Positions 15,980 to 23,760 of a DNA stretch of 24,000 bases are shown here, piece by piece. The stretch comes from Desulfobulbaceae bacterium (GTDB lineage: Bacteria > Desulfobacterota > Desulfobulbia > Desulfobulbales > Desulfobulbaceae). The stretch spans positions 11,435-35,434 of the forward strand of contig JALVAI010000088.1 of NCBI GenBank assembly GCA_027011235.1. Reading direction: 5' to 3'. The notes below the pieces were generated by a model. It ran no database searches. It saw only the letters and a list, made by a program, of their open reading frames with translations, and was not told where the DNA came from. The stretch's first letter is position 1, and each line of letters begins with the position of its first letter. Position numbers and translations under genes: made by a program.

Positions 15980-17671
15980 ATGGTTTGCCGATTGCCGGAG
16001 GATATGCAGCAGCCCTACATGGAAGAGCTGCGTCGTCTGTTTCACCATCGAATGACATACCTCCTGTTGATGACAGGGGCATTATTTCTCTTCTATGCAC
16101 CTCTCGACTATTTACTCGTCCCCGGCCATTATGGAGAGCTTTTTTATTCCCGGATAGCGGTCCTTGTTTTTTGTTGTTTTCTTTTCTTCCTTAATGCTCA
16201 GGATACGACATACCGGTATACCATAATTTTCGCCTTTGCCCTGTATGGGGTCTCCCTTCTTGTCCTCTGTTTTATGGTTATCAGGACCGGGGGGATCACG
16301 TCCGAGTATTTTATCGGTTTTATTCTTGCCATAGTTGTCTTTGCCGTCATGATGCCCCTGACTCCGGTCCAGACAATGATAAGCGGCCTGTTTGCCCTGG
16401 CCGGATATCTGACAGCGGTTTTCTGGTCCGGCCCAGACCTCAATGGACATATGGATATCTTTATCAACAATGTGTTTTTCCTGGTTTGCTTTGTTCTGTT
16501 GGTGACTATACAGAGCTGGTTTGAAACCGATTCAAGAAAGGAATCGTTTTCCCTGCATCTGCAGGAGCAGGAGGCGGCAAGGTATCTTGATGAGCAGGCG
16601 GAGGCCTTGGAGGAGGAAATTGCCAGGCGTTCAAAAGAGCATCAAAGAACGGAAAACCGTTTCCGTCGGTTATTGGACCATATTGTTGATGATGTGGTTC
16701 TTGTTGATAAAAATGGATGCGTCATTTATGCAAACCCCTCTTTTTATGAACATCTGGGCCTGGCGCAGGGAGATGAAATAGATATCATAGATTGTTTGCC
16801 TGCCAATGAGCGGGAGTCATTTCAGCAGAATTTTCTGCAGGCGGTTGCGGGCGGTGAGGTTGTCTGCAACTACCAGGCGCGATTGATGGGAGTTGGTGGG
16901 GCGCAGTTGGAGGTGGAAATCAACGGTAACAGAATGGAACGGAATAAACGGCTGATCGGCCTGCAACTGATTATCAGGGATATTTCAGTGCGTAAACGGA
17001 TGGAAGAAGATGTTCGCAAGGGCTTGTTTGTCCGGAAACAGACGGAAAACGCAACGATCATGGCCCTGGCCCGATTGTCTGAGTACCGGGACGTAACGCC
17101 AAAAAATCACCTGAAACGGATTCGGGAATACAGTCGGCTGCTTGCCGAATTTCTGGCCCGCAAACCGGAATACCAGGGAAAGCTGGCAGGCAGTGCCGTT
17201 TCAGACCTGGCCATGGCATCTGTTCTTCATGATATAGGCAAGGTGGCGATCACCGATGATATTCTTTTTCAATCCGGCCCATTATCGAACCAGGACAAGG
17301 CCCTGGTCCGGCAGCATACTATTTTTGGAGGTGATGTGATCAAGGCCATGGAAAAGTCGTCGGATGTGGATAGCGGTTTTTTGGAATATGCAAAAAATAT
17401 TGCCTACTTCCATCATGAAAAATGGGACGGCAGCGGTTATCCATTTGGACTGGTCGGCAGAGAAATTCCCCTTGAAGCAAGAATTGTCGCCCTTGCCGAT
17501 ACCTATGAATCAATCACCTCAGCGGGAAAATATGGCAAGCAGCTTTCACACAAACAGGCCGTTCAGATTATTATAAAGGAGGCCGGACATCATTTCGATC
17601 CGGATATTGTCGATGTTTTTGTCGATTGTGAGCAGAAGTTTCATCAGGTGGCCATGCGCCTGAGGTCGTAG
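15980..17671 (+). CDS. Membrane-bound HD-GYP domain phosphodiesterase, paralog of the preceding gene
   Basis: Same architecture and collinear similarity: YMEELRRLF vs FADELSKLF, LDYLLV vs LDYFV, LSEYRD...HLKRIREYSRLL vs LAEYRD...HLERIREYTRLL. Motifs LHDIGKVAITDDILFQSGPLS and HHEKWDGSGYPFGL. Starts 10 nt after the upstream stop. Confidence 0.9.
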   Translation: MVCRLPEDMQQPYMEELRRLFHHRMTYLLLMTGALFLFYAPLDYLLVPGHYGELFYSRIAVLVFCCFLFFLNAQDTTYRYTIIFAFALYGVSLLVLCFMVIRTGGITSEYFIGFILAIVVFAVMMPLTPVQTMISGLFALAGYLTAVFWSGPDLNGHMDIFINNVFFLVCFVLLVTIQSWFETDSRKESFSLHLQEQEAARYLDEQAEALEEEIARRSKEHQRTENRFRRLLDHIVDDVVLVDKNGCVIYANPSFYEHLGLAQGDEIDIIDCLPANERESFQQNFLQAVAGGEVVCNYQARLMGVGGAQLEVEINGNRMERNKRLIGLQLIIRDISVRKRMEEDVRKGLFVRKQTENATIMALARLSEYRDVTPKNHLKRIREYSRLLAEFLARKPEYQGKLAGSAVSDLAMASVLHDIGKVAITDDILFQSGPLSNQDKALVRQHTIFGGDVIKAMEKSSDVDSGFLEYAKNIAYFHHEKWDGSGYPFGLVGREIPLEARIVALADTYESITSAGKYGKQLSHKQAVQIIIKEAGHHFDPDIVDVFVDCEQKFHQVAMRLRS

Positions 17672-17693
17672 GTCGGCCGCACCGTCTCTCCTT

Positions 17694-18395
17694 TCACCTG
17701 CATGGCGAGAGGGCAAAACGGACAGCTGCGTCCGCATGAATTGCCGTGGTGTCGAAAAGCGGGATGGAGGTATCTTGACTGCCAATAAGGAGGGAAATTT
17801 CAGTGCAACCCAGAATAACACCCTGGGCGCCTTTTCGGGCCAGGTCTTCAACCACCTGGAGGAAGGCATTTCTGGAATCGTCACTGATGATCCCGCAACA
17901 GAGTTCATCATAAATCACCCGGTGGACCATGGTGCGATTTTTATCTTCGGGAATGCAGACCTCAATATTGAATTTTTTTTCTAACCGGCCCCTGTAAAAG
18001 TCATCTTCCATGGTGAACCGGGTACCGAGGAGGCCGATTCTGTTTATCCCCCTGTTTTTTATGGCGAGAGCAGTGGCATCAGCAATGTGCAGGAGTGGAA
18101 TTGAGACCGCTGCCTCCACTTCTTCCGCTACTTTGTGCATGGTGTTGGTGCATATCAGCAGACAATCGGCCCCTGCCGATTCGATCTTCCTCGCCGCATC
18201 GGCCAGTTGTTCTCCAGCCTTGCCCCATTGCCCCAGATTTTGCAGTCTTTCAATGGCGCTGAATTCTACACTGTAGAGGATAATTTTCGCGGAATGCAGC
18301 CCTCCCAGGGCATCCCGGATACCTGTATTGATCCGGGTGTAATAGGTGAGGGTCGATTCCCAGCTCATACCGCCAAGCAGTCCAATGGTCTTCAT
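17694..18395 (-). CDS. Aspartate/glutamate racemase family protein (E. coli YgeA-like)
   Basis: MKTIGLLGGMSWESTLTYY..., with the two catalytic-Cys contexts LLICTNTMHKVA and VILGCTEISLL. Collinear with my recollection of YgeA. Confidence 0.88.
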   Translation of the reverse strand: MKTIGLLGGMSWESTLTYYTRINTGIRDALGGLHSAKIILYSVEFSAIERLQNLGQWGKAGEQLADAARKIESAGADCLLICTNTMHKVAEEVEAAVSIPLLHIADATALAIKNRGINRIGLLGTRFTMEDDFYRGRLEKKFNIEVCIPEDKNRTMVHRVIYDELCCGIISDDSRNAFLQVVEDLARKGAQGVILGCTEISLLIGSQDTSIPLFDTTAIHADAAVRFALSPCR

Positions 18396-18400
18396 TGTGG

Positions 18401-19093
18401 TTATTTTTTCTCCATCCTGTCTGCCGGGTTCCTGATGTCTTTTCCAAATTGGATGCGCAGTTCTATGGTGTCGGGTTTATCGGTGACCTTCAGACTTGAG
18501 ACCAGGCCGGAAACCGTGTTGGCCAGGATGTCCTGGACAAAATCCTTGAGGATGATTTTTTTCCCATCAACCAGAAGACTGACCCGTTCCGGAACTACTT
18601 TTTCTCCCGCAAGAAATCGTTTTTCCAGAAAATCAGCCAGTTCGCGGCTCTCGTCCAGGCGAAACACGTAGTCACCGACAAGCCTGCGGTCCGTGGCAAC
18701 GGCAATAACGCCGGTTACCTGATCGCGGAGCAGTTCTTTTTCTTCACCACGGTTGACCTCCACCTTGGCAATTCTGCGGGCATGTTTGAATCCCTCGGCA
18801 ATGACAATATCAACATCGGCAAAATAGCGGTGGACCAGGGCTGGCAGGTTTTTTTCCTGGCTTGGGGTCCGGATGAGCATCTGGTCCGGCGCAACCAGCA
18901 TGACCCCGGCCGCGCCGTTTCTGCGATAGATTTCCGTGTCCGTTCCCTCCTGATCACAGTCGATATTGTGTTCCTTGGTGGACTTGATCACGGCAACGGT
19001 ATAACCACGATTGTGCAGGTGGCGCACCACCTGGCTTGCCAGCGTGGTCTTGCCGCTGTTGTGCCAGCCGATAAAGCTAACGATAGGGGGCAT
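18401..19093 (-). CDS. mobB: Molybdopterin-guanine dinucleotide biosynthesis adapter MobB with a ~60-aa C-terminal extension
   Basis: P-loop IVSFIGWHNSGKTTLASQVV, followed by VAVIKSTKH-type and DIVIAEGFK segments typical of MobB. At 230 aa it exceeds the ~170 aa I expect; the tail is VSLLVDGKKIILKDFVQDILANTVSGLVSSLKV... Confidence 0.8.
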   Translation of the reverse strand: MPPIVSFIGWHNSGKTTLASQVVRHLHNRGYTVAVIKSTKEHNIDCDQEGTDTEIYRRNGAAGVMLVAPDQMLIRTPSQEKNLPALVHRYFADVDIVIAEGFKHARRIAKVEVNRGEEKELLRDQVTGVIAVATDRRLVGDYVFRLDESRELADFLEKRFLAGEKVVPERVSLLVDGKKIILKDFVQDILANTVSGLVSSLKVTDKPDTIELRIQFGKDIRNPADRMEKK

Positions 19094-19133
19094 TCTTTTA
19101 CCTTAATAAAACTGGGAAGATGGTCGATGGGCT

Positions 19134-19176
19134 CTGACCGGTATATCCGCAACCAAAAAGAGCGGATCCCGGTCAG
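19134..19176 (-). promoter_or_regulatory. Intercistronic stem-loop between fdhC and mobB
   Basis: CTGACCGG-tat-ATCCGC-(11 nt loop)-GCGGAT-c-CCGGTCAG gives 14 Watson-Crick pairs in two helices. No U-tract follows on the minus strand, so it is not a canonical terminator. Confidence 0.5.
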
Positions 19177-19211
19177 GACCCGCCCAAGGGTAGAGCAATG
19201 GAGTGTTAATG

Positions 19212-20084
19212 TCAAATTTTATAGCGGCTGTGCATTATTGCAACCTCTTCCCTGGATTTATAACCGGTCAGCATACTGGAGATTGCCCCTTTGACCGCAA
19301 AGAGCGACATATAGAGATGGATGATAAAAAAAGCGACCAGGCCAGCTGCCAGCAGGTTGTGCAGAATTGCCATCTGCCGGATCTGGTCTACCGGGGCGGC
19401 AAAGGAATAGAGGGTGTAGCCGCTCCAGGCCATGATCCCGCCGCCGACAGTTGCCAGCCAGAACCAGACCTTCTGGCCGGCGTTAAACTTGCCCGCCGGA
19501 ACCGGTTTTTTCTTTTTGCTCAAGTAGCCGCCCATGATCAGCAGCCAGAGGATATCATGGGGCATGGGCAGCATGTCCTTGAGCCAGATCAGAAACAGGC
19601 CGGCTGCTGACAGGCAGAAGACAATAGCGGCAATCAGATGGACGGACCTGCCGGACATGACCAGCGGTCCGCCGCCGATAAATTTTCCGAAAACCACCAT
19701 CAGCCCGGTAATAACCAGCAACGAGAAGGAAAGGGCTGCCAGCCAGTGCAGAAAACGGGTGAGTATGCCGAAAAATTTGATCGGTGTGCCTGCATGGGAA
19801 AACGATTTGGCGCCGATAATGATGTAATGCAATAGAAAAACAACCGGCACAATGGTCAGAATCAGGAGAAAAATCCGGTTAAACAGTCCCCCCTGCCAGG
19901 AGGTGAAGAGTTGCCCGTACTGCTGCCAGTCACCGGTAAAAACCTTGTTGATGGCAGTAAATGAAGCGGTTGACGGGCCGGGTCCGGCTGGTTGGAGAAT
20001 TTGCGGACTCCCGGCCCAGGCAACCGCGGCAAGCGCCAATACGCCGACGGGAAGGATAACCCGGAAATTTTTTTTAATGTTCAT
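19212..20084 (-). CDS. fdhC: Formate dehydrogenase cytochrome b (membrane anchor) subunit, Wolinella FdhC-like
   Basis: N-terminal signal-like segment, then 4 TM helices with His residues placed as in the FdnI/FdhC b-type cytochromes (FLLHYII, FLHWLAALSF, VHLIAAIVF, ILHNLLA). Sits directly downstream of fdhAB. SD CCAGGAGA precedes the ATG. Confidence 0.75.
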   Translation of the reverse strand: MNIKKNFRVILPVGVLALAAVAWAGSPQILQPAGPGPSTASFTAINKVFTGDWQQYGQLFTSWQGGLFNRIFLLILTIVPVVFLLHYIIIGAKSFSHAGTPIKFFGILTRFLHWLAALSFSLLVITGLMVVFGKFIGGGPLVMSGRSVHLIAAIVFCLSAAGLFLIWLKDMLPMPHDILWLLIMGGYLSKKKKPVPAGKFNAGQKVWFWLATVGGGIMAWSGYTLYSFAAPVDQIRQMAILHNLLAAGLVAFFIIHLYMSLFAVKGAISSMLTGYKSREEVAIMHSRYKI

Positions 20085-20090
20085 GGCTGT

Positions 20091-20128
20091 CTCCTGGAAA
20101 ATATCCTGGGGAAAAATCCTGGGAAAAT
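20091..20128 (-). repeat. Three tandem ~12-13-nt repeats, each carrying an SD-like AGGA, immediately upstream of the fdhC start
   Basis: Plus-strand units are ctcctggaaaat, atcctggggaaaa and atcctgggaaaat. On the mRNA strand this reads (A)UUUUCC(C)(C)AGGA(U/G) three times. The unit nearest the ATG supplies the functional SD. Confidence 0.85.
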
Positions 20129-20153
20129 AGACAATGAAAATACCGGAAAGTCG

Positions 20154-20187
20154 AATCAGGGACAGCGGAAATCCGCTGTCCCTGATT
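20154..20187 (-). promoter_or_regulatory. Perfect 16-nt-arm stem-loop 6 nt downstream of the fdhB stop (intercistronic)
   Basis: AATCAGGGACAGCGGA (20154-20169) and TCCGCTGTCCCTGATT (20172-20187) are exact reverse complements. On the minus strand it is followed by cgacUUUccggUAUUUUc, only weakly U-rich. It may be a partial terminator or an mRNA stabiliser. Confidence 0.6.
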
Positions 20188-20192
20188 GTCGG

Positions 20193-20780
20193 TTATTTTT
20201 TGCCGTAGGCCCTGTCCCATCCCCAGGCATTTGCGCCGGAACCGCGCGCAAAGACGCGTTTTCTGTAGGCGTCGGCAATCACGTTTGCGTCGCCGGCCAT
20301 CAGGGCCTTGGTGGCGCACATGGCGGCACAGAGCGGCACCTTGCCCTCGGCAATCCGGTTCTGGCCGTAGAGCTGTTTTTCTTCGTCACTGAATGTCTTT
20401 TCCGGGCCACCGGCGCAGAAGGTGCATTTGTCCATGGCCCCGCGGGCACCAAATACCTTGCCGCTCGGAAACTGGGGCGCTCCGAACGGGCAGGCCATGA
20501 AGCAGTAGCCGCAGCCGATACAGGTCTTTTTGTTAACCAGGACAATACCGTCTTCACGCTGGTAGATGGCATCCACCGGGCAGACGGCGATGCATGGCGC
20601 ATCCGAACAGTGCATGCAGGCGACCGAGATGGACTTTTCTCCCGGTTTGCCCTCGCCAATGGTGATGACCCGGCGGCGGTTGATCCCCACCGGAACCTGG
20701 TTGCCTTCCTTGCAGGCGACCACACAGCCGTTACAGTCGATGCAGCGTTCCACATCGCAGAGAAATTTCATTCGTGCCAT
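20193..20780 (-). CDS. fdhB: Formate dehydrogenase iron-sulfur (4x[4Fe-4S] ferredoxin-type) subunit
   Basis: Cys clusters CIDCNGCVVAC, CMHCSDAPCIAVCP, CIGCGYCFMACP and CTFC...C. At 195 aa it lacks a C-terminal TM helix, like Wolinella FdhB and unlike E. coli FdnH. GAGGAG lies 7 nt before the ATG. Confidence 0.9.
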   Translation of the reverse strand: MARMKFLCDVERCIDCNGCVVACKEGNQVPVGINRRRVITIGEGKPGEKSISVACMHCSDAPCIAVCPVDAIYQREDGIVLVNKKTCIGCGYCFMACPFGAPQFPSGKVFGARGAMDKCTFCAGGPEKTFSDEEKQLYGQNRIAEGKVPLCAAMCATKALMAGDANVIADAYRKRVFARGSGANAWGWDRAYGKK

Positions 20781-20793
20781 AATTTATCTCCTC

Positions 20794-20830
20794 AACCGTA
20801 TCCTGTTCCAGGATTTGTGGTGATACGGTT
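20794..20830 (-). promoter_or_regulatory. 9-bp perfect stem-loop abutting the fdhB Shine-Dalgarno
   Basis: AACCGTATC (20794-20802) pairs with GATACGGTT (20822-20830) around a 19-nt loop. On the mRNA strand the 3' arm is followed immediately by GAGGAG-ataaatt-AUG of fdhB. Confidence 0.5.
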
Positions 20831-20847
20831 TCACATTTCCAAATCTT

Positions 20848-20954
20848 GTAAGTGGTCAGGGGTGCCGTAGATTCGTGCAGGCGCGACTGGTCGCTATAGC
20901 CCACTATGCGGACAGTCGTGACCGTGCGAAGATGCGGTGCCCCTGATCACTTAC
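20848..20954. other. Long imperfect inverted repeat / extended hairpin (~51 paired positions) filling the fdhA-fdhB spacer
   Basis: Pairing 20848+i with 20954-i over 47 positions gives 34 Watson-Crick pairs, 8 G-T(U) pairs and 5 mismatches when read on the plus strand. A further 4 apical pairs (ATAG/CTAT) close a CCCA loop. It starts 4 nt from the fdhA stop and is followed on the plus strand by cTTTTTa. Confidence 0.7.
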
Positions 20955-20958
20955 CTTT

Positions 20959-23760
20959 TTAGGCCTTGCTGATTTTGCAGAGACCGGTTTTGGTTTCCTG
21001 CATCTGGGTTACAATATCATAGCCATAATTGGTGACCACGTTGGCCGCCTCACCAAGGGCATAGGGTACCGTACCTTCCGGATAATTGGCTGCCAGCGAC
21101 CTGCCCATGAACTCACCGCCAAAATGAAAGGGCAGGAAGATGGTCTGTTCATCCACCCGGTCAGTGACCTTGGCCATGACTTTGATCTTGCCGCCGTTGG
21201 GCGATTCTATCCAGATCTGTTCACCGTTGCGGATGCCGTAATTGTTGGCGGTAACGATGTTGATCTCCGCATACATATGGGGCGCCAGTTCGGCCAGGTA
21301 TTTGTTGCTGCGTGTTTCCGCGCCCCCGCCCATGTATTCGACCATGCGACCGGTGGTGAGGATAAGGGGAAATTTTTTCACCCAGTCAGCTTTCTGCTCA
21401 CTCCTGTACCTGGTGAACACGCGGTAATGGTCAGGTTTGTCCTTATAGGTCGGATACTTGGCTATCATATCAGGCCGCGGCGAGTGCAGCGGCTCCCGAT
21501 GGATCGGCACCTGGTCGGGAAAGTTCCAGACAACGCAGCGGGCCCGGGCATTGCCAAACGGCGCCATACCGCGTTTAATGGCCTCTTTCAGTGTTTTCTG
21601 GGAGAGATCGGTCTTCCAGTTGGTCCCCGGAACCACATCCTTGAACTCTGGATAACCGCCCATGACCTCACTGCCGGGGTTGGCAACACCCTTGGCGGCC
21701 AGCAGGTCCTCGGTCCGACCGCTCATGTCATAGGTTTTGGAGGTGCCGAACCTGGCCCTGAACGGCAGACCGCCCTTTGCCACCGGTTTGGAGATATCAT
21801 ACAGGATCGGGGTGCCGGGATGTTCCTCGGTCCAGCAGGGCCAGGGCAGGCCATAATATTCTCCGTTGCAGGGACCGCCCTTGGCCTGCATGGTATCGAT
21901 ATCAAAGGTGTGCCAGTTATCGGTATGTTTTTTGATCCTCTCCGGGGTCTGGCCGTTGTAGCCGATGGTCAGGGAACCACGACCGAGCTCCCGGGTAATG
22001 TCTTCGGGGACTTGTTTGATATTCTTGTAAAATTTGTCGGCAAAACCAAATCGCTTGACCAGCTCGTTCATGATCCAGTAATCGTCCCGGCTGTCGTGGA
22101 CCGGATCAACCACCTTGTACCGCCACTGAAACTGGCGGGACGTGGAGGTCAGGCTGCCGGAGGTTTCATACTGGCTGGAGCAGGGCAGCAGGTAGACGTT
22201 GTCCTTTTCCGCCGCCGCCGCGGTCATGGTGGGGAAGGGATCGATGATCACCACCAGGTCAAGCATGTCCAGGGCCTTTTTCAGCTTATGGTACTGGGAC
22301 TGGGAGTTGGAGGCACAGCCCCAGAAGACGACCGCTTTCAGCGGCGTGTACTGGGTGATCTTGTCCTCCTGGATGGCGCCTTCATACCAGCGGCCCAGGG
22401 TGAACCCTTTTTTGTTCATGTACTCCTTGGAGTGGAACCTGGATTTCATCCACTCGTAATCCACGTCCCACACCCGGCACCAGTGTTTCCAGGAGCCGTC
22501 CTTCAAACCGTAATAGGCGGGCAGGGAATGGGAGAGCACGCACATATCGGTTGCGCCCTGCACATTGTCATGGCCGCGGAAGATGTTGGCGCCGCCGCCG
22601 GAAACACCCATGTTGCCGAGGACCAGCTGCAGGATACAGTAGGCGCGGGTATTGGATGAGCCGATGGAGTGCTGGGTGCCGCCCATGCACCAGACCACGG
22701 TTCCCGGCCGGTGGGTGGCCATCAGTTTGGCAATGCGGGTGACCTCGGCTGCCGCCACCCCGGTCACTTCTTCAACCTTTGCCGGTGTGTACTCCCTGGC
22801 CACTGACCGCATTTCCGGAAAACCGGCCACCCTGGTGCGGACAAATTCCTTGTCGTACCAGTCGTTTTCGATGATCTCATGGATCAGGCCCATGATAAAG
22901 GCGGTGTCCGTGCCCGAACGGATACGGACATAATCCGTTGCCTTGGCCGCGGTTTTGGTGAAGCGCGGATCAACCACGATAAGGGGAGCATTGTTGACCT
23001 CTTTTGCGTGCAGCAGGTGCTGCAGGGCCACGGGATGCGCCTCGGCGGCATTGGAGCCGATCATGAAGATCAGCTTGGAATGGCGGATATCGTTGACCGA
23101 ATTGGTCATGGCGCCATAACCCCAGGTGTTGGCAACGCCCGCCACTGTGGTGGAATGGCAGATTCGGGCCTGATGATCAATGTTGTTGGTGCCCCAGAAG
23201 GCGGCCAGTTTGCGCTGCAGGTAGGCCATTTCATTGGAAACCTTGGCCGATCCGTTCCAGTGGACAGCATCCGGTCCGTCCTTTTCCCGGATATCCAGCA
23301 ACTTGGCGCTGACTTCATCCAGGGCCTGTTTCCAGGAAATTTTCTGCCATTTGCCGTTCACCTTTTTCATCGGGCTTTTCAGCCGTTTTTCCGAGGTAAC
23401 CATGTCAATGGCGCTTGCGCCCTTGCAACAATGGCTGCCCCGGGACAGAGGATGGTCCTGGGCCACTTCCTGCCGGACCCAGACACCGTTTTGCACCTCT
23501 GCCTTGATCCCGCAGGCGACCGAGCAGTGGGTGCAGATGGTTTTTACCATTTTGGACCCCGGATAGGGACCGCCTCCTTTTTTCACTGTTTCAGCCCTGG
23601 CCGCGGTTGTCATTCTGGTGGTCATTGCCGCCCCGGTCAGGGCTGCGGTTGCTGCCGAAAGTTTGAGAAAGGATCTTCTCGCCATGCCCGGATTCAAGGT
23701 CATTCGGGCGCCTGGAGACGAGCCTGTAGATGATGGGGTAATCAGTTTTTTCCTGGCCAT
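20959..23760 (-). CDS. fdhA: Formate dehydrogenase catalytic subunit (Mo/W-bis-MGD, periplasmic, Tat-exported, Cys-type)
   Basis: Twin-arginine signal [23 protein letters not shown]-terminal [4Fe-4S] motif [10 protein letters not shown], and active-site segment [15 protein letters not shown] with Cys where Sec-type enzymes have U. 932 aa uninterrupted. GGAGG lies 6 nt upstream of ATG 23760. Confidence 0.94.
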   Translation of the reverse strand: MARKKLITPSSTGSSPGARMTLNPGMARRSFLKLSAATAALTGAAMTTRMTTAARAETVKKGGGPYPGSKMVKTICTHCSVACGIKAEVQNGVWVRQEVAQDHPLSRGSHCCKGASAIDMVTSEKRLKSPMKKVNGKWQKISWKQALDEVSAKLLDIREKDGPDAVHWNGSAKVSNEMAYLQRKLAAFWGTNNIDHQARICHSTTVAGVANTWGYGAMTNSVNDIRHSKLIFMIGSNAAEAHPVALQHLLHAKEVNNAPLIVVDPRFTKTAAKATDYVRIRSGTDTAFIMGLIHEIIENDWYDKEFVRTRVAGFPEMRSVAREYTPAKVEEVTGVAAAEVTRIAKLMATHRPGTVVWCMGGTQHSIGSSNTRAYCILQLVLGNMGVSGGGANIFRGHDNVQGATDMCVLSHSLPAYYGLKDGSWKHWCRVWDVDYEWMKSRFHSKEYMNKKGFTLGRWYEGAIQEDKITQYTPLKAVVFWGCASNSQSQYHKLKKALDMLDLVVIIDPFPTMTAAAAEKDNVYLLPCSSQYETSGSLTSTSRQFQWRYKVVDPVHDSRDDYWIMNELVKRFGFADKFYKNIKQVPEDITRELGRGSLTIGYNGQTPERIKKHTDNWHTFDIDTMQAKGGPCNGEYYGLPWPCWTEEHPGTPILYDISKPVAKGGLPFRARFGTSKTYDMSGRTEDLLAAKGVANPGSEVMGGYPEFKDVVPGTNWKTDLSQKTLKEAIKRGMAPFGNARARCVVWNFPDQVPIHREPLHSPRPDMIAKYPTYKDKPDHYRVFTRYRSEQKADWVKKFPLILTTGRMVEYMGGGAETRSNKYLAELAPHMYAEINIVTANNYGIRNGEQIWIESPNGGKIKVMAKVTDRVDEQTIFLPFHFGGEFMGRSLAANYPEGTVPYALGEAANVVTNYGYDIVTQMQETKTGLCKISKA

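Noticed and set aside
17672-17693. Expected a terminator between the convergent HD-GYP and racemase genes.
   Set aside because: The only pairing is a 5-bp CTCTC/GAGAG stem with a 16-nt loop extending into the racemase coding region. Not credible as a terminator.
21124-22659. 511-aa plus-strand ORF, together with 22879-23733 (284 aa) and 19992-20870 (292 aa), all opposite the fdh genes.
   Set aside because: These are long antisense ORFs in GC-richer coding sequence. The translations are Gly/Val/Asp/His-rich with no cofactor-binding motifs. The opposite strand encodes complete, motif-rich FdhA, FdhB and FdhC.
20959-23760. Looked for an in-frame TGA selenocysteine codon and SECIS element in fdhA.
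   Set aside because: The ORF is uninterrupted, and the active-site position is an ordinary Cys codon in HQARICHS.
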